Shown: piece by piece, positions 37,623 through 51,381 of the stretch
Layout: each line of letters opens with the position of its first letter
How positions within the stretch are numbered: position 1 is the first letter of the stretch
From: Piromyces finnis finn
Taxonomy: Eukaryota > Fungi > Neocallimastigomycota
Reading direction: 5' to 3'
Length of the DNA: 64,000 bases
Assembly: GCA_002104945.1 (NCBI GenBank)
Contig: MCFH01000007.1
Coordinates: 1,178,001 to 1,242,000, forward strand
Translations under genes and position numbers: made by a program
The notes under the pieces: generated by a model
The model's database searches: none
Seen by the model: only the letters and a program-made list of their open reading frames with translations
What the model was told of the DNA's origin: nothing

Positions 37623-39345
37623 TTAAACAACAGTTAAAACTTGTCCACCTTCATAAATAGCATCAACATCAAGCTCAATTGGTTGATAGACGCTACCAAC
37701 TAATTAAATTTTATATATAAACTTTAATCAATATATATTTTCAATTAATTAAAAAAATTTATATATACGAAAAAAGTTGTTTTTTTTTTTTTTTACCTTC
37801 AAAACAGAACATCTTTTTATTGTTATTATAATTAATAATATATATATATATATTTTATTTAATTCATATGAAAATCAACTAATTATTATATATATTATTA
37901 TTAATAATAATATTATTTAATGATGGTTATTACATTTGGGTAGCTTTCTTCACCAAAATCAGCCATTCTTTTTGATTTTTCAATCCATGGATTCCAAACA
38001 ACAATATCTGGTAAAGTACATTTTTCAGCGATAATATCATTCTTAAAACCGGTTTGTAATTTAAATGATTTTTGATTTACGTCATAATAAATGCTATCGA
38101 CTTCTTTTTGGAAAACAATTTTTTGTCTGTCTTCCATCTTCTTTTCGCCATTACCTTCTGGTGAAGTATCAATATAGTTGTAATTTTTTAAACCATGAAC
38201 ACCGGCTTCAGTTAAATCCTAATAATATAAAAAATTTTAATTTTATTTTATTTTTTTTATTAGATAATTAAATACATTTATTCTGTGAATTATTATTTAT
38301 ATAAGAAGATATAAATTTTAAATAGTAAAGCTTAATTATAATGTACCTTAACATTAAAGTAGGTGTGTAAAAGGGTATTGAATAACCATGGTTCATTACC
38401 AGTATTCTTAATCTTTATCTTAGTACTTAATGATTTTCCTTTTTGTAATAATAATTATTTGTTTTATATAATATTTTTTAAATATGCGTTTAGAATATTT
38501 ATTGTTATTTTTATAATTATTCTTATTTTACCATCTAAAAGGACGGTATAAACTAATTTAAATTGGTGTGGCCAAATTTCAAGATATTTTTTGTTAATTT
38601 CCTTGTCGGTTAAAACTATTAATATTGATGAATTAATAATGCTTAGATATTTGATATATATATATTATAAATTAAAATAAAATATATATATAAATAAAGA
38701 ATATTATTACTAAATGAAACTTCCTTTCTGTCAGGAGTGTTAATATTTATACCACCCCATTTCCAAGTAGAAATTCTAGCAAAACCTATTTTAATTTGAT
38801 ATATGTTATTAAAAAAAAAAATCTCCTTTAATTATTAAAATTTAAACAATAAAGGAAATATGTTACCATGAGATGGGAGGTCTGTAGTTAGTTTAGTATT
38901 AAATTGAGGGAAAACTATAGGAATACCACCACGAATGGCTTTAGAGCCATTTAAAATAGCTTTTTTACTTGTATTAAAATTAAAGAATTAAATTAAAAAT
39001 ATTGATTTAGTATAAAGACACAATTTCAAAAATAATTTTTTCTAGTTAATAATGAATGATTAATTTTTTTTTTACCTTAAGAAAATTCTCTCTTGACCTT
39101 CAACAATCCATGAAGTTAAAGTAGCGCCATACATGTATACCTTTATTATTTAAATTTATTAATATTTATTACTATCTTCATTTTTATATAAATATTTAAG
39201 ATAATGAAAATTTTTAAAAGTTATTGACTATTTTTTTTAAAAAAAAAATAAATAAATAAATTACCTCAGCAGAAGCGATAGTGTTGTTAATTTTAACTTT
39301 AATTAAATTACCGTTATCGTCTCTTATTAAATCAATTCCACTCAT
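37623..39345 (-). CDS. Glucose-6-phosphate 1-epimerase (hexose-6-phosphate mutarotase, aldose 1-epimerase superfamily)
   Basis: Exons 39265-39345, 39076-39140, 38867-38967, 38711-38785, 38532-38615, 38347-38438, 37934-38218, 37797-37812, 37623-37698 join in frame. Motifs YGATLTSW, KAIRGGIPIVFPQF, HGFARIS, IWPHQF, LHTYF, VVWNPW, MFCFEVG. Confidence 0.93.
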
Positions 39346-40202
39346 TTTCTACTTTATTTATAAGAAATTTTACAAAATATTATAATAAATGGATTATACT
39401 TCAAATTATTTTACCTAATTTTAAATAAATAAAATAAAACTAAAAATATATATAATAATAAATTATAATAAAAAATAAGAAACATAAAAAAATTAGTTTT
39501 CTATATAATAATGATTATAATATTATAATTTTATAATTCTTAACATCTACTTATTTATTTATAAGTACTGTATTATTTTTTTTTAAATGCATTACAAGAA
39601 AAATACTATTAAACTTAATTAAATTAATTTATGATTGGCAACAGAAAATCAAATTTTGAATTATTTTATCTAATTAATTTAGATAAAAAATAATTACATA
39701 AATGAATGATTTAATATAAAATAAAATTTATTAAATAATATTTTTCATTTTATAGATAAAATAAAATAATTTAATCTTAAAAAAAAAAAATAAATTCTAA
39801 TTTCAAAAAAAAAGGACTTTTTTTTTTGTATTTTGAATTAATATTGGTAGCTTTTTACAATATATATTATTGATTTTAGCTTTTATTACTACTATTATTG
39901 TTATTATTATTTTTATTATTATTATTATTATTAAAATATTAATTATTATTAAGAAAAATATATGTATATATTTTAAATAATAATAGTACTATACTACCTT
40001 TTTATAAGAAATATTAATTTATAAAAATTAATTTTATTTTAAAATAACTTAATATTTTTATTTAAAAAAAAATTTCTTTTATTTAAATATACTATTACTG
40101 CATAATTATAAACCTATATTTATTATAATATACTATAACTTTTTTATAAAAAAAAAAAAAACATTAAATTAAAATATATATAACAATTGTTTAAAACTTT
40201 AT

Positions 40203-41197
40203 ATGGATAATAAAAGTAACAGCAATATAAGTAATATTGACCATCAAATTTTAGAATTCCTGTATTATGAATCAATAACTTTAACTATTGATTTTGTAGA
40301 AAATTATGTATTAAAAAATACTGATAATAATAATAAAACAATAAATAATAAAGATAAAGAAAGAAATTCAAAAAAAAAAATAGATGATATAAACATAGTA
40401 ATTAAATGTAAATGTTAATATAATCAGTTTTTATTATGGTTATTATTATATTTATCTATTTATTTATTTAAACATATCAATGTATATAATATATAGCTTA
40501 TTTAGATTCTCAAAAAATTACATTTAACAAAGAATTATTATGGAAAGGGAAATTATGTTCTTTGGTTAGTATGACCTTTAATCTTTCATCTCATAAAGAA
40601 GTGAGTGAAAATTTTATAAATTTGTTTTTGAAAGTTTCTCAAAAATATATTAAAAAATTGAGTCAAACAGATTTTTGGTATGAACTTTTTCTGCTAATCC
40701 AAGTTCAGGTAATATTATGATAAAATATACATCTACATAAATGAATATATGTAAAGTATATATATTAAATAAATAATAAAATCAATAAAATATTTAAGAT
40801 AATTATTGAATTGAATGGTTCTATAAAACGACCAGTACCCATAATTACAAAAGCTGTATTCAATGAATATCAAAATCATGAAATAATTTCATTAATGCCT
40901 ATTCATACACTGAAAAAATATTCAATAAAAAAAAATGAAATATTGAAAGAAGTAAATAATATTAATAATTCTTATTAATAATAACTTAAAATAAAATTAT
41001 AACATCTAACACTATAATTTTTTTTTTCAATTATCTAAATAAAAACAAAATATTAGATGGAAAATAGCAACATGAATGAATTAATTATTAAGTATTCATA
41101 TAATCAATTTTTAGAAAAAATGACTTTTTATTTTAAATATTTATTAAAACATTTTAAAACTCCAAATCTTGTATTAAATAAACCAAAATTTTTATAA
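40203..41197 (+). CDS. All-helical protein resembling the TRFH (TRF1/TRF2 dimerisation) domain, no Myb domain seen
   Basis: Exons about 40203-40407, 40506-40708, 40799-40951, 41057-41197 with GT-AG ends. By-eye similarity to human TRF1 TRFH: LIQVQIIIELNG vs LIKIQAIAVCMENG; KYSYNQFLEKMTFYFKYLL vs HFSYNHMMEKIKSYVNYVL. Confidence 0.6.
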
Positions 41198-42182
41198 TGA
41201 AAAGTTAAAAATAATCAAATATATTGTAAAATCTAAAATCTCATAATTCAATCTTATCAAAAAAATAAAATACTATGAAATTTATAATTAAAATTTCATC
41301 ATTAATAAAATATACATAATAATAAATTTTTCATAATTAATTTCAAAATTATTAATAATTATTAATAATTTTCGAACTTTCATCAATTAATAATTGATTT
41401 TTTATTATAATTAAACATAGACGTTACACAAAGATATTTAATTGAAAAAATAATTTTAAAAAAGGAAACCAATAAAATTAAAGAAAATTATTTCTTTAAA
41501 AATTAAAAAATAATCAAGTAAAAAATAAGAAAGAAACATTTGAATTATTAAAATACACTTTTAATCATATTTACTTAAAAAGTTTTATATGTATTATCAG
41601 TGCTTTTGTTATTATTACATATACTTTAACATCTGTTTTTTTTGTTTTCTATCCTTCATTTTATCTATAATATGAAATAAAAATATATAATAAATTTAAA
41701 AATATATTTAATAATTTTTAAATAAGGATTGATTAAATTTAGATAAAATGGTACAATCTTTTTATTTAATTCTTCAAATAATATAATATTTTTTACTTCA
41801 TTGAAGAGACAAAAAAATAATATAAATATCACATAAATTCTTTATTTTAAAATAATAAGAAAAAGAAAAGAAATTAAGAATATATTGATATCTTTTAATA
41901 TTTTAATAAATCGAATAAATAAGCATATTATTTAAAAAGTTTATTCCCAAAAAGAAATTGTATTCTGTATTTTTTTATATCTTGAATGTCCAATTATCAA
42001 AAATAATAAATCCTTTTAAATATTTTACCTTTTCTATATATATAATAAAAGCCAATAAACTGTTGGACGCAAACATAAATAAATATAATTCATTTATTTA
42101 TTAATATATGAATTATAACAAAATTTAATTAATAACAAAATTCATTAAAACATTTAAAAATATAAGTATTAATTTTTATTAA

Positions 42183-44233
42183 ATGGAAAGATTTTTTAAT
42201 TTAAATCAAATCAACGTTCAGAATAATATAATTGAAAAAAGAAAACCTACAATAAGGATATTAGTACAAATAGACGAAAATCATTTAGAAAATAATGTAA
42301 TATCATTTAAAGATTTATTTCAAAATAGTACCTACATTCACAAAAAAAATAGCAATAAGAATAAAAGTATCAAACAAGAAAATTTTGGAAAAAGTCATAA
42401 TATTTCTCCAGAAAATAAAATAGGTAATTCAGTTTCAATTAGTAATTCAAATAATGAAATAAATAATTACAATAAATGTCCTACAGACACCAGTATTAAT
42501 ATTGAAAATAATATAATTCAAACTTTTGAAAATAAAAAAAATAAATTGAATGCAAATTCATTAATTCCTAAAAAAAATCAATATAAAATAAACAATTTAA
42601 ATTTATTTATTGAATCAGAGGAGAGAATAGATTATAATAATGAAATAATTAATATTGAAAAATATAATAATGATGAAGATGAAGAAGACGATGATGTTTT
42701 AAAAGGCATAAGGAAATTTAAGCAAAAAAAAAGAATAAGTAATATTGAAGAAACACATGAAAAGGACGAAAAAAATACTGAAGAAATAAAACCGCTTGAA
42801 TATGAAAAACTTAAACAGCAAGAGAATAAAGACGAATATATTAATGAAATTGAAAATATAATAATTAATAATAAGCCATTAGATATCAAAAGAGCATTGT
42901 ATTTACGTGAAATAATAGAAAAAGAAAAATATACGGAATTAAAAAAACAAGTAAATATAAGCTAAATTTTAAATTGACTAAATATTATTATTATTATTTA
43001 CAAAGTACGTTTATAATATATTAATAACATATAATATACCATATAAAAGATGTCTAATTGGAAAAAACGTAAATTCTATGAATATGATAAAAATGATCCA
43101 TTTATTGATGATAGTGAAGATTATATTATATACAATTCATCAAAATTACAGAAAATTGAAAAACAAAATTTTGTAGTATGGTCAGGAATATATGGAAAGC
43201 ATAAAAGGTTTCATTAAACTTTTATATTAAAAGAATATAAAAATAATAAATATAATATTAATATTAGGTTTTTAATAATTTTTAAATTTTATATTTTGTT
43301 TTAAATATCAAAATAGAAAAAGAAATACAAAAATTAAGCCATTAGAAAATGATATTAAAGTTTCGAAAAATGAAAACAATAAAGTAAATAAAATTGAACT
43401 GGTAAAACTATTCTTTTTCTTCTTATATAATATTGTTATTATATTATTATGTAGATTCAAATCATTAAATTTTAATTTACAATATATATATATATATCAG
43501 TTACAGATACCGAGTACATTATACCCATTAGATCCAAAATTAGAAATACATATGAAACAATTAAAAAATCAATCTGATAAATGTATGTACTAATGTAAAA
43601 TTTACATTATTTTTTTTATATTAGTATTAGTGTTGTTAGTGTTAACATTGTATTATTGTATTATTGTTTTTTCTTTTAATAATTGTTTTAAATTGTTATT
43701 AAAATATAATTTTATTGGGAAATATAGGCAATTGGAATAGTTTTGAATCATTACCCGAAACATTACTACCAGTTTTGAAAAAGGTATTAAAATTAGCAGA
43801 TAAATATAACCAACTAAATATGAATTTTTATGGACATCTTAGACTTATTCTGAAAAATAAATTTAATGAAGATATTAATTATCTGAAGGTAAATATATGA
43901 AAACTAATAATAAATATATAAAAATAAACATTTAATAATTATAATTATATAAAATTTTATTTGAATCAAGAATTTTATTGAAAAAGTTGTATTAGAGGAA
44001 AAAATATTAAATTTAACAAACGAACAAAGAATGCATATACAAGCATTAAAAAAAATTATTGATCAATATAGAATTAATATTGTAAGTTAAAACTTTAAAA
44101 CAAAAAATATATATATTATATTAAAAATAATAAAAAATATATTAATATTTTTATTACCAAATAAATACAATATTTATTGAAATATAAAAGAACAAAAATT
44201 GTATAAAATTAAACAATCATGAATCAAAAAATG

Positions 44234-44308
<75 letters not shown>

Positions 44309-46926
44309 GTAATAAGGATGATATTTTTTTTTCAAATACAAATATTAATAATAATAAGATAAAAAAAGCAATAAATATTCCAATAAAATTTTCATGGGAT
44401 AAGTATTCAAGAATAGCTTTATTTAATATTATTAAACTAAGTCTGGATAAAGAAATATTAATTTCAAAAGAGCAAGCATTAGATTCAAAAATTCAAAGAA
44501 ATAGGAATAAAATTGTTATAAAAAAAATGTGTGAGGATTTGATTCCTTTATGGCCTGAATCTACAATGAAAGTAATTACACTTATACGTGAATATAAATA
44601 TGCTAAATATAAAAAAGAAAAAATGGAATCACGTTTCGTACAAAAAAAAAGTAAATTCAGAAAAGATAATACTTCATTAAATAATATTTATGTAATTAAA
44701 ATCATTGAAAAATCAAAACAACAAAATGATGATCTTATTTTACCAAAATTTATTAAATCAACATCAATATGTTATCCTAATCATGATAAGTATTATCAAA
44801 GAAGTGTAAAGGAAATTAATAACAATACTCAAAATATAATACGGAATGAAACTGAAGAAAATAATATTGAAGACTATAGTAATAAAAATAATAAAAATAT
44901 GTGTTGTAAAAAGCCAGTTTCAATAAATAAATTTAATGAATTGATAAATCATAATCAATTATTATCATGTAAATTAAAAAATAAATCAAATTATCAATTT
45001 GATGAAAAAATTGAAAATTTGAGTCAGGAGAGTGATAAACTTGAAATTAAGAATAATGATAGTATAAATAGAAATAAAAAATTCTTTGATATGAATATAT
45101 CAAGAAAAGAGAAAGAAAATGATATATCTCAAAGTTTAAGTTTGGATTATGAAAATTCATCTGATTTTAACACAAATTATAACCCAAGAATAAATCAAAA
45201 ATTAGAAAGGAATAATTCAATAGAAATTGGCAAAAAGCAAAATAAAAATAAATTTGAAAATCAAAACTCAGATGATAATATTTCAAAAATTTTAGAAATA
45301 TTGAAAATAGAAATAAATCAATTGAAAGATATTATATATTTTTTACAAAATCATACAGATTTAGATGTTTCAGATTCAAAATTGATTTTCCTTTCCTCGC
45401 TAAAAGATTATTTCAATATGATTCTAAATAAGATTTTAAATCATTCTGAAAACGGAAATTCTTTATTTAATCTTTTTGATCTTATTCTCTCAATAAATCC
45501 AAAAAAAAGATCTAAAACAATGAGTTTGAAACGATCAATATTAAAACCAAAATGTTTATTGTCAAATACAAAAAAGATAGTATTATCTAAATCAGAAGAT
45601 AAAAATCAAATGAAATCTGAATTACCAAGCAATGATAAAAGAGCTATGCATATTATTAACAAATTATCAAGTAAAATTAATTACAAAAGTGAGGATCTAT
45701 CAATAAAATCTATTAAACCAGTAATTAATATAAGTCCTTCAAAAAACATTTCTTTAAAAAGAAAACCTTCAGAAATAATTAACTCACCATTAAAAAAAAT
45801 AGTTAAAGTATCTAATAATAAAGAATCAATAAATAATGAAATAATAAAGCATAATTCTAACCAAGAACATACTGAAAATTTTATTAAAGATGATTTAATT
45901 AATTCATATAATATAAAATGTAATTTAAATAAAGTAAGTAATTCAAATGGTGATAAAATAAATCAAAAGGAAATTAAAGAAGCTTCAAAGAAAGAAAATG
46001 GTCTAAATAAAATAAACCAAGAAGGAATTAAAGAAATTACCAAAAACGATAACAGTTCAAATAAAATAATCCATGAAAATATTTTAATGAAAATTAACAA
46101 TTTAAATAAAAAAAGTGTTTCAAGGGGAATTAAAAATGAAAATAAAACAGCAAGTTTTGAATTACAAGAAATATTTCCAGAAGGACAAATTTTGAAAAAA
46201 GATAATATGAATCTTAAAAATGGGCCTAAACCGAGAGCCTTTAGTAGAAGGAAACCTGTACAAAATAAATTGCCAGTGACTAATATTAATAATAGAAATA
46301 TATATTCAAATAAATCTATTATTTCTTTTTCCTCCTCTGATAAAAATAATAATAGCGATAGCGATAATGTTAATATTAATAATAAGGTAAAAGAGCATTA
46401 TATTCTACCGTTACCAAAATCCAAAGTAACTACGACAAGTAATAATTCATCATTACATCATTTAAATTCAATGTCATTTTCCTCATCAAAAAAAAATAGT
46501 ACAGTTACACTTAATGAAATTAAAAATGAAATTAAGATTCCTATAACGTCGATATCACATAAGCTTAATGAATCTCAATCAAATAAAATATCAAATAGTA
46601 TTTATAAACCAAATTCTTCTATATCAGATATAATTAATATTGTTAAATCTAATGATTCACCGCCTAAACTTAACTTAAAATCTAATAAAGCAAATAAAAA
46701 TAAAAATTTTGATTTAACATATGAAATCATTTCAAAAAAAAGTGGATCTCTTGATAAAATATCCGTTGAACGTAATTTTCCATCCTCTATAGCAAGTAGT
46801 AAAATAGATTCCCACTCAGAAAATTGTTTAAATTTAAAAAAAGTTAATAAAAATAATGGCTCTGAACCCAACCGATTAGATATTATTATAAATAAATACG
46901 GAATACTTAAAAAAAAACATCAATAG
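42183..46926 (+). CDS. Ubinuclein/Hpc2-like HIRA-complex subunit
   Basis: Exon from 43050 encodes the HUN motif YEYDKNDPFIDDSE. Later exons give LPETLLPVLKKVLKL and FSWDKYSRIALF...MCEDLIPLWPESTM, resembling the ubinuclein middle domain. The last exon (from about 44191) includes a poly-Asn (AAT)n tract and is in frame with ORF 44527-46926. Confidence 0.75.
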
Positions 46927-47050
46927 TAACAATTATTCACCAAAATAAAGGAATGGAATTCATAATAACTAAATAAATGTATATGTATATATATATAATT
47001 TTATTTAAAAAAGAAAAAAATATGATATATTTGTAAAATAATTATAAATA

Positions 47051-47156
<106 letters not shown>

Positions 47157-47420
47157 ATATAATTTGTACAACACTAAATAAAATTAAAATTTTCTTAAAA
47201 TTTAATATTTCAATAAATATTATTTTTTTACTACTTGTTATAACATTTTAAACATAAATTTAAAAATATATACCACATGTTTATAATGAAATAAAAGCAA
47301 ATTTTATTTGTTTTAAAAAATTAAATTAAATTAAATTACAAAATTTTTAAACATTATATATTTCTATTTTTATTTTTATTTTTATTTTGTATATATGTTA
47401 TTAATTTTATATGATTTATT

Positions 47421-50400
47421 ATGAGTTTTGGTGGACATTCATACAATTTTGATGTATTTAATACCAATCAAAAGAATAAAAATGGATTTAGTTATTCTAA
47501 AAGGTCTCCTTTTCAAAGGATAGATAATATGGATATTGATATACCTTCAAAAAATGAAAATTCTTTTCCATATCAATTCAATTCAATGAATACAAATTAC
47601 CAAAATTTTCATCCTAATAATCCCTTTCAAAAAGAAATTCATCCTTTGAGTTTTCAAAATTCCTCAAATTATATAAAAACTAACACAGTATTTAATTCAG
47701 AAAATAAATCAAACAACCAATTTCATTTTTCAAAAAATACTGAAACTCAGAACTTCTCAATTATTTCCAATAAAAATAATAATTCAAATTTCTCAACAAA
47801 TAAACGTATTAAATTTTCAATTGATAAATCCACAAGTTCTTTTCCAAACTCATTAAATTGGAATTTTCAAAAGCAAAGACAAGACAATATTAAGGATACA
47901 TTTAAAACACCAGCAAGTCTGAATTCTAATTTTCAAAGAAATAATTCAAGTGTTAGTAAATTTAACATTTACACTATCAATAGACAAAATGATATTCTCT
48001 CTTCAAATAAATCATTAGAACATTCATTTTTAATAAGGCAACAGGAGCGTATAGCTATAAGAGAAAATAATAATAGCAATGGTAATTATATATACAATAG
48101 TAGTAATTTCAAAATACAATTAATAATAGGTTAATATTTATTCTAATATTCAATTTTATATAAGTTATTCAGAAATTTTCATATATAAATTATATTTTGA
48201 AAAAAATAAAAAATATATTAAATATACCACTAAAATTACGTAAGTTATATATAATACAATTTTAAATGTTTATTATACAAAACCATAACTAAAAAATATA
48301 AATATTTAAAAATTATATTTAATCAAAGTTAATCTATCTTTAAATATTAATTGGAGTTTAATATTTGCTATTATTGTGACGACTTTAATATTTTATTTAA
48401 ATGATAGTCCAGGAATGATTATAAAGAAATTTTTACAGCAATATAATATTAATTTTAAAAGTGAAAATTTTATAAATATAGGAATTACTTTTTTATTAAT
48501 AATAATATTTTGTAAGTATTATTAATATGTGATATTTATTAAACATATTAATTACTGATATTAACTATATTAATTGTTCATATACTTCTTAGGGAGTCAG
48601 GGAAAAAAAATATTAAATTCTACAATAAATTATATATTAGTAATAACAGTTGGAGTTTTTATTATTAACACTCTATTTATAAAGCCAAGTATAATTTATA
48701 ATTTCGATAATAATAATAAAAATCTATTAAATATTGATAAAAGTAGTGATTTATTGAATTTAAATTTAAAGACATACAATGAATATTTTAGTAAGTTGAA
48801 TTTTAAATTCATACATTTAGTTTATTAATTATTTTGTTTTATTATTATTATAAAATATTAATCTTATTTTATGAATTTCATTATTTGTTAATAATAGATA
48901 ATTTTATTCATAATAACTATATCAGTAGTTTAATTGATTTCATAATTTACAAACCAATAAGAAGAAATGAAGATAGAAGAAAAATAAAGAATATAGAAAA
49001 AAAGTTATTAAAATTTGAAAATAATATCAAAATTATAAAAAGTCGTCTTAATTATAAATCAAATAGAATTCATGAAATTTCGAAAATTCATGAAGATAAT
49101 AAAAACTCATTTGAGATTATTAATTACTATCTAACTATTTATGAAAATATATTTAAATATAATTCCTTACATTTGGAACAACAAAAAGCCATATTAAAAC
49201 AAATTGAGAATAATTTTAATTATCAGTTTGAAAACATTATAAATACAAGAAAAAAACTAGATAATCTTTCAAAGAAAATTGATGATTTATTTTCCAAATC
49301 CAGAAACATGCTCAATAATGAAATTGGTAATGTCGAAGAAGATAAAATATCTTTTATTGAAAATTACATAAGAGAACTGGATAATTTATTTCCTCCACAA
49401 ATTTTAATTACTTGGAATCAAAATAATAACGAAATTGAGTTTTCGACTGATCTTTATAATACTATTGGTCAGCGCTATTTCTCAAAAAAGGTAAAAAAAA
49501 AATGATTTCAAAATAAAAAATAATAATAATAATGATAATAATAATACCGAAACTTATTATTAATATATTATAACTATTATTTATTATTATTTATTGTCTT
49601 TGTTATTAACTGTTGTTGTTTTTATTACTTTTTTAAATAGGATTATAATAAACATTTCAATGTACAATATCCAATTGCTCCTACCCTTCCATTAAAAGAG
49701 TTTTTATGGAAAAATAAAGAATTAGTTGAAGATTTAATGTTAAAAAATTTTAATACGTATACTAGCAAGAAATCGGAAATAATAATTCAATTAAAAGAAA
49801 ATATTGATTATTTTCGAAAACAATTTAAAAACAATGAAAATATCATATTGAGTTCTATAGACAAAAATGAATTTTTAAATTCAATTAAATCTTTTATTAT
49901 TTCAGATGTAAAAAATAGAATTAAAGAAAAAGAAAGAAATCATTCATTACAAAAATATAATCAATATTCAACTCATTCTATTCCTGATTATTCAACTGCT
50001 TTATATGGAGCATCCATAATTGAATCATTAACCACCAAAACTCAACCAATTACTAGTGAAAATCATATGATTAATAGATTGCACATTATTAATAATCCAC
50101 CACTTTTAGCATTAGAAAATTCATTATTACCAAATAGCTGTTGGGCAATGAAAGGTATTTTAATAATATTTGATTTAAGCACTTTTTTTTTTTTTCCTAT
50201 AATCATTTAATTTTCTTATATATGCATTTATATAATATTCTGATCTTTTCTAATTAAAATTTTATATACAGGAACAAGCGGTTCAATAGGTATTGAACTT
50301 TCACATTTTATATATCCAACATCCATTACAATTGAACATTTACCATCATGGAATACACGAGATCCAATGTCTGCTCCAAGATCAATGACGCTTGTTGCAA

Positions 50401-50804
50401 TTTCAGGAAGTCAAAACGTTCTAAAAAAAATAGATAGTAATAGAATAAAGAATATTAATGAAATTAAAAGCAGCAGCAACAACAATAATATTAATAATCA
50501 GTTTTTAAACCAAAATGAAGAAATAGAAAACCATAAAATAAATATTAAACAATATTTAAAAAAAGTTGAATTTCCATTAATATTAGGTACATTTCAATAT
50601 AATATAAGTGGACCCCAATCCTCACAAACATTTCCATTAAATCAAAATGCAATAAATCGACTTAAACTTTATGACACGAAAATAAATAAAGTTCAACTTC
50701 AAATACATAATAATTGGGGTAATGAAAATTACACATGTATATATAGAATTCGGATACATGGTGATGAACCTCAAACGTCACAATCACCATTAATGCCATT
50801 ATAA
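47421..50804 (+). CDS. SUN-domain nuclear envelope protein (Sad1/UNC-84 type)
   Basis: Low-complexity N-terminus, hydrophobic segments (about 48350-48680), coiled-coil region. C-terminal SUN motifs PDYSTALYGASII, PNSCWAMKGTSGSIGI, ITIEHLP, SAPR, LGTFQY, NNWGNENYTCIYRIRIHG split over GT-AG introns. Confidence 0.92.
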
Positions 50805-51030
50805 TTTTACCATTTTACTATAATCCATTTTTGGCTTTAATTATTTAAATAAAATTGGATATTTAAAAAGAAAAATATAAAAAAATAAAAAATAAATAAA
50901 TAAATAAAAATAATATTTTTTATAATATTTTGATATTTTTAAAATTTTATAATTTTACATTATTCTTTAAATAATTTATATTTTACTTTATTTTTTTTTT
51001 TTTTTTTTTTAGCTTTTAATCCATATATAT

Positions 51031-51072
51031 TTTGTTTGTTTGTTTTGTTTTGTTTTGTTTTGTTTTGTTTTG

Positions 51073-51103
<31 letters not shown>

Positions 51104-51104
51104 T
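51031..51104. repeat. (TTTG)/(TTTTG)n microsatellite
   Basis: Tandem units between the convergent 3' ends of the SUN and AKTIP-like genes. Confidence 0.9.
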
Positions 51105-51381
51105 AATTTTTGACTTTGTCTTTAATTAGTTAGTACTTAATATTTTATAAAAGGAAATTTATAAAATTGTTATGTTATATATTCTATACAGTATTACAAA
51201 ATATCCTTCCATAATAATATTATTATAAGTGAATTTATTATCATTTAAATATATATATTCCATTATTAAATATTGAAAAGAAAAAATTTTTTTTTCGATT
51301 TTTGAAAAAATGAGGATTTATAACAATAAAGATAAATATTATTTTCTACCATCAATAGCACATTTAAAACGATAAACAATT

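Noticed and set aside
37623-39345. The epimerase as the uge3 equivalent of a GAG cluster
   Set aside because: It is an anomer mutarotase fold, not an NAD-dependent UDP-sugar 4-epimerase; no GxxGxxG or YxxxK motif.
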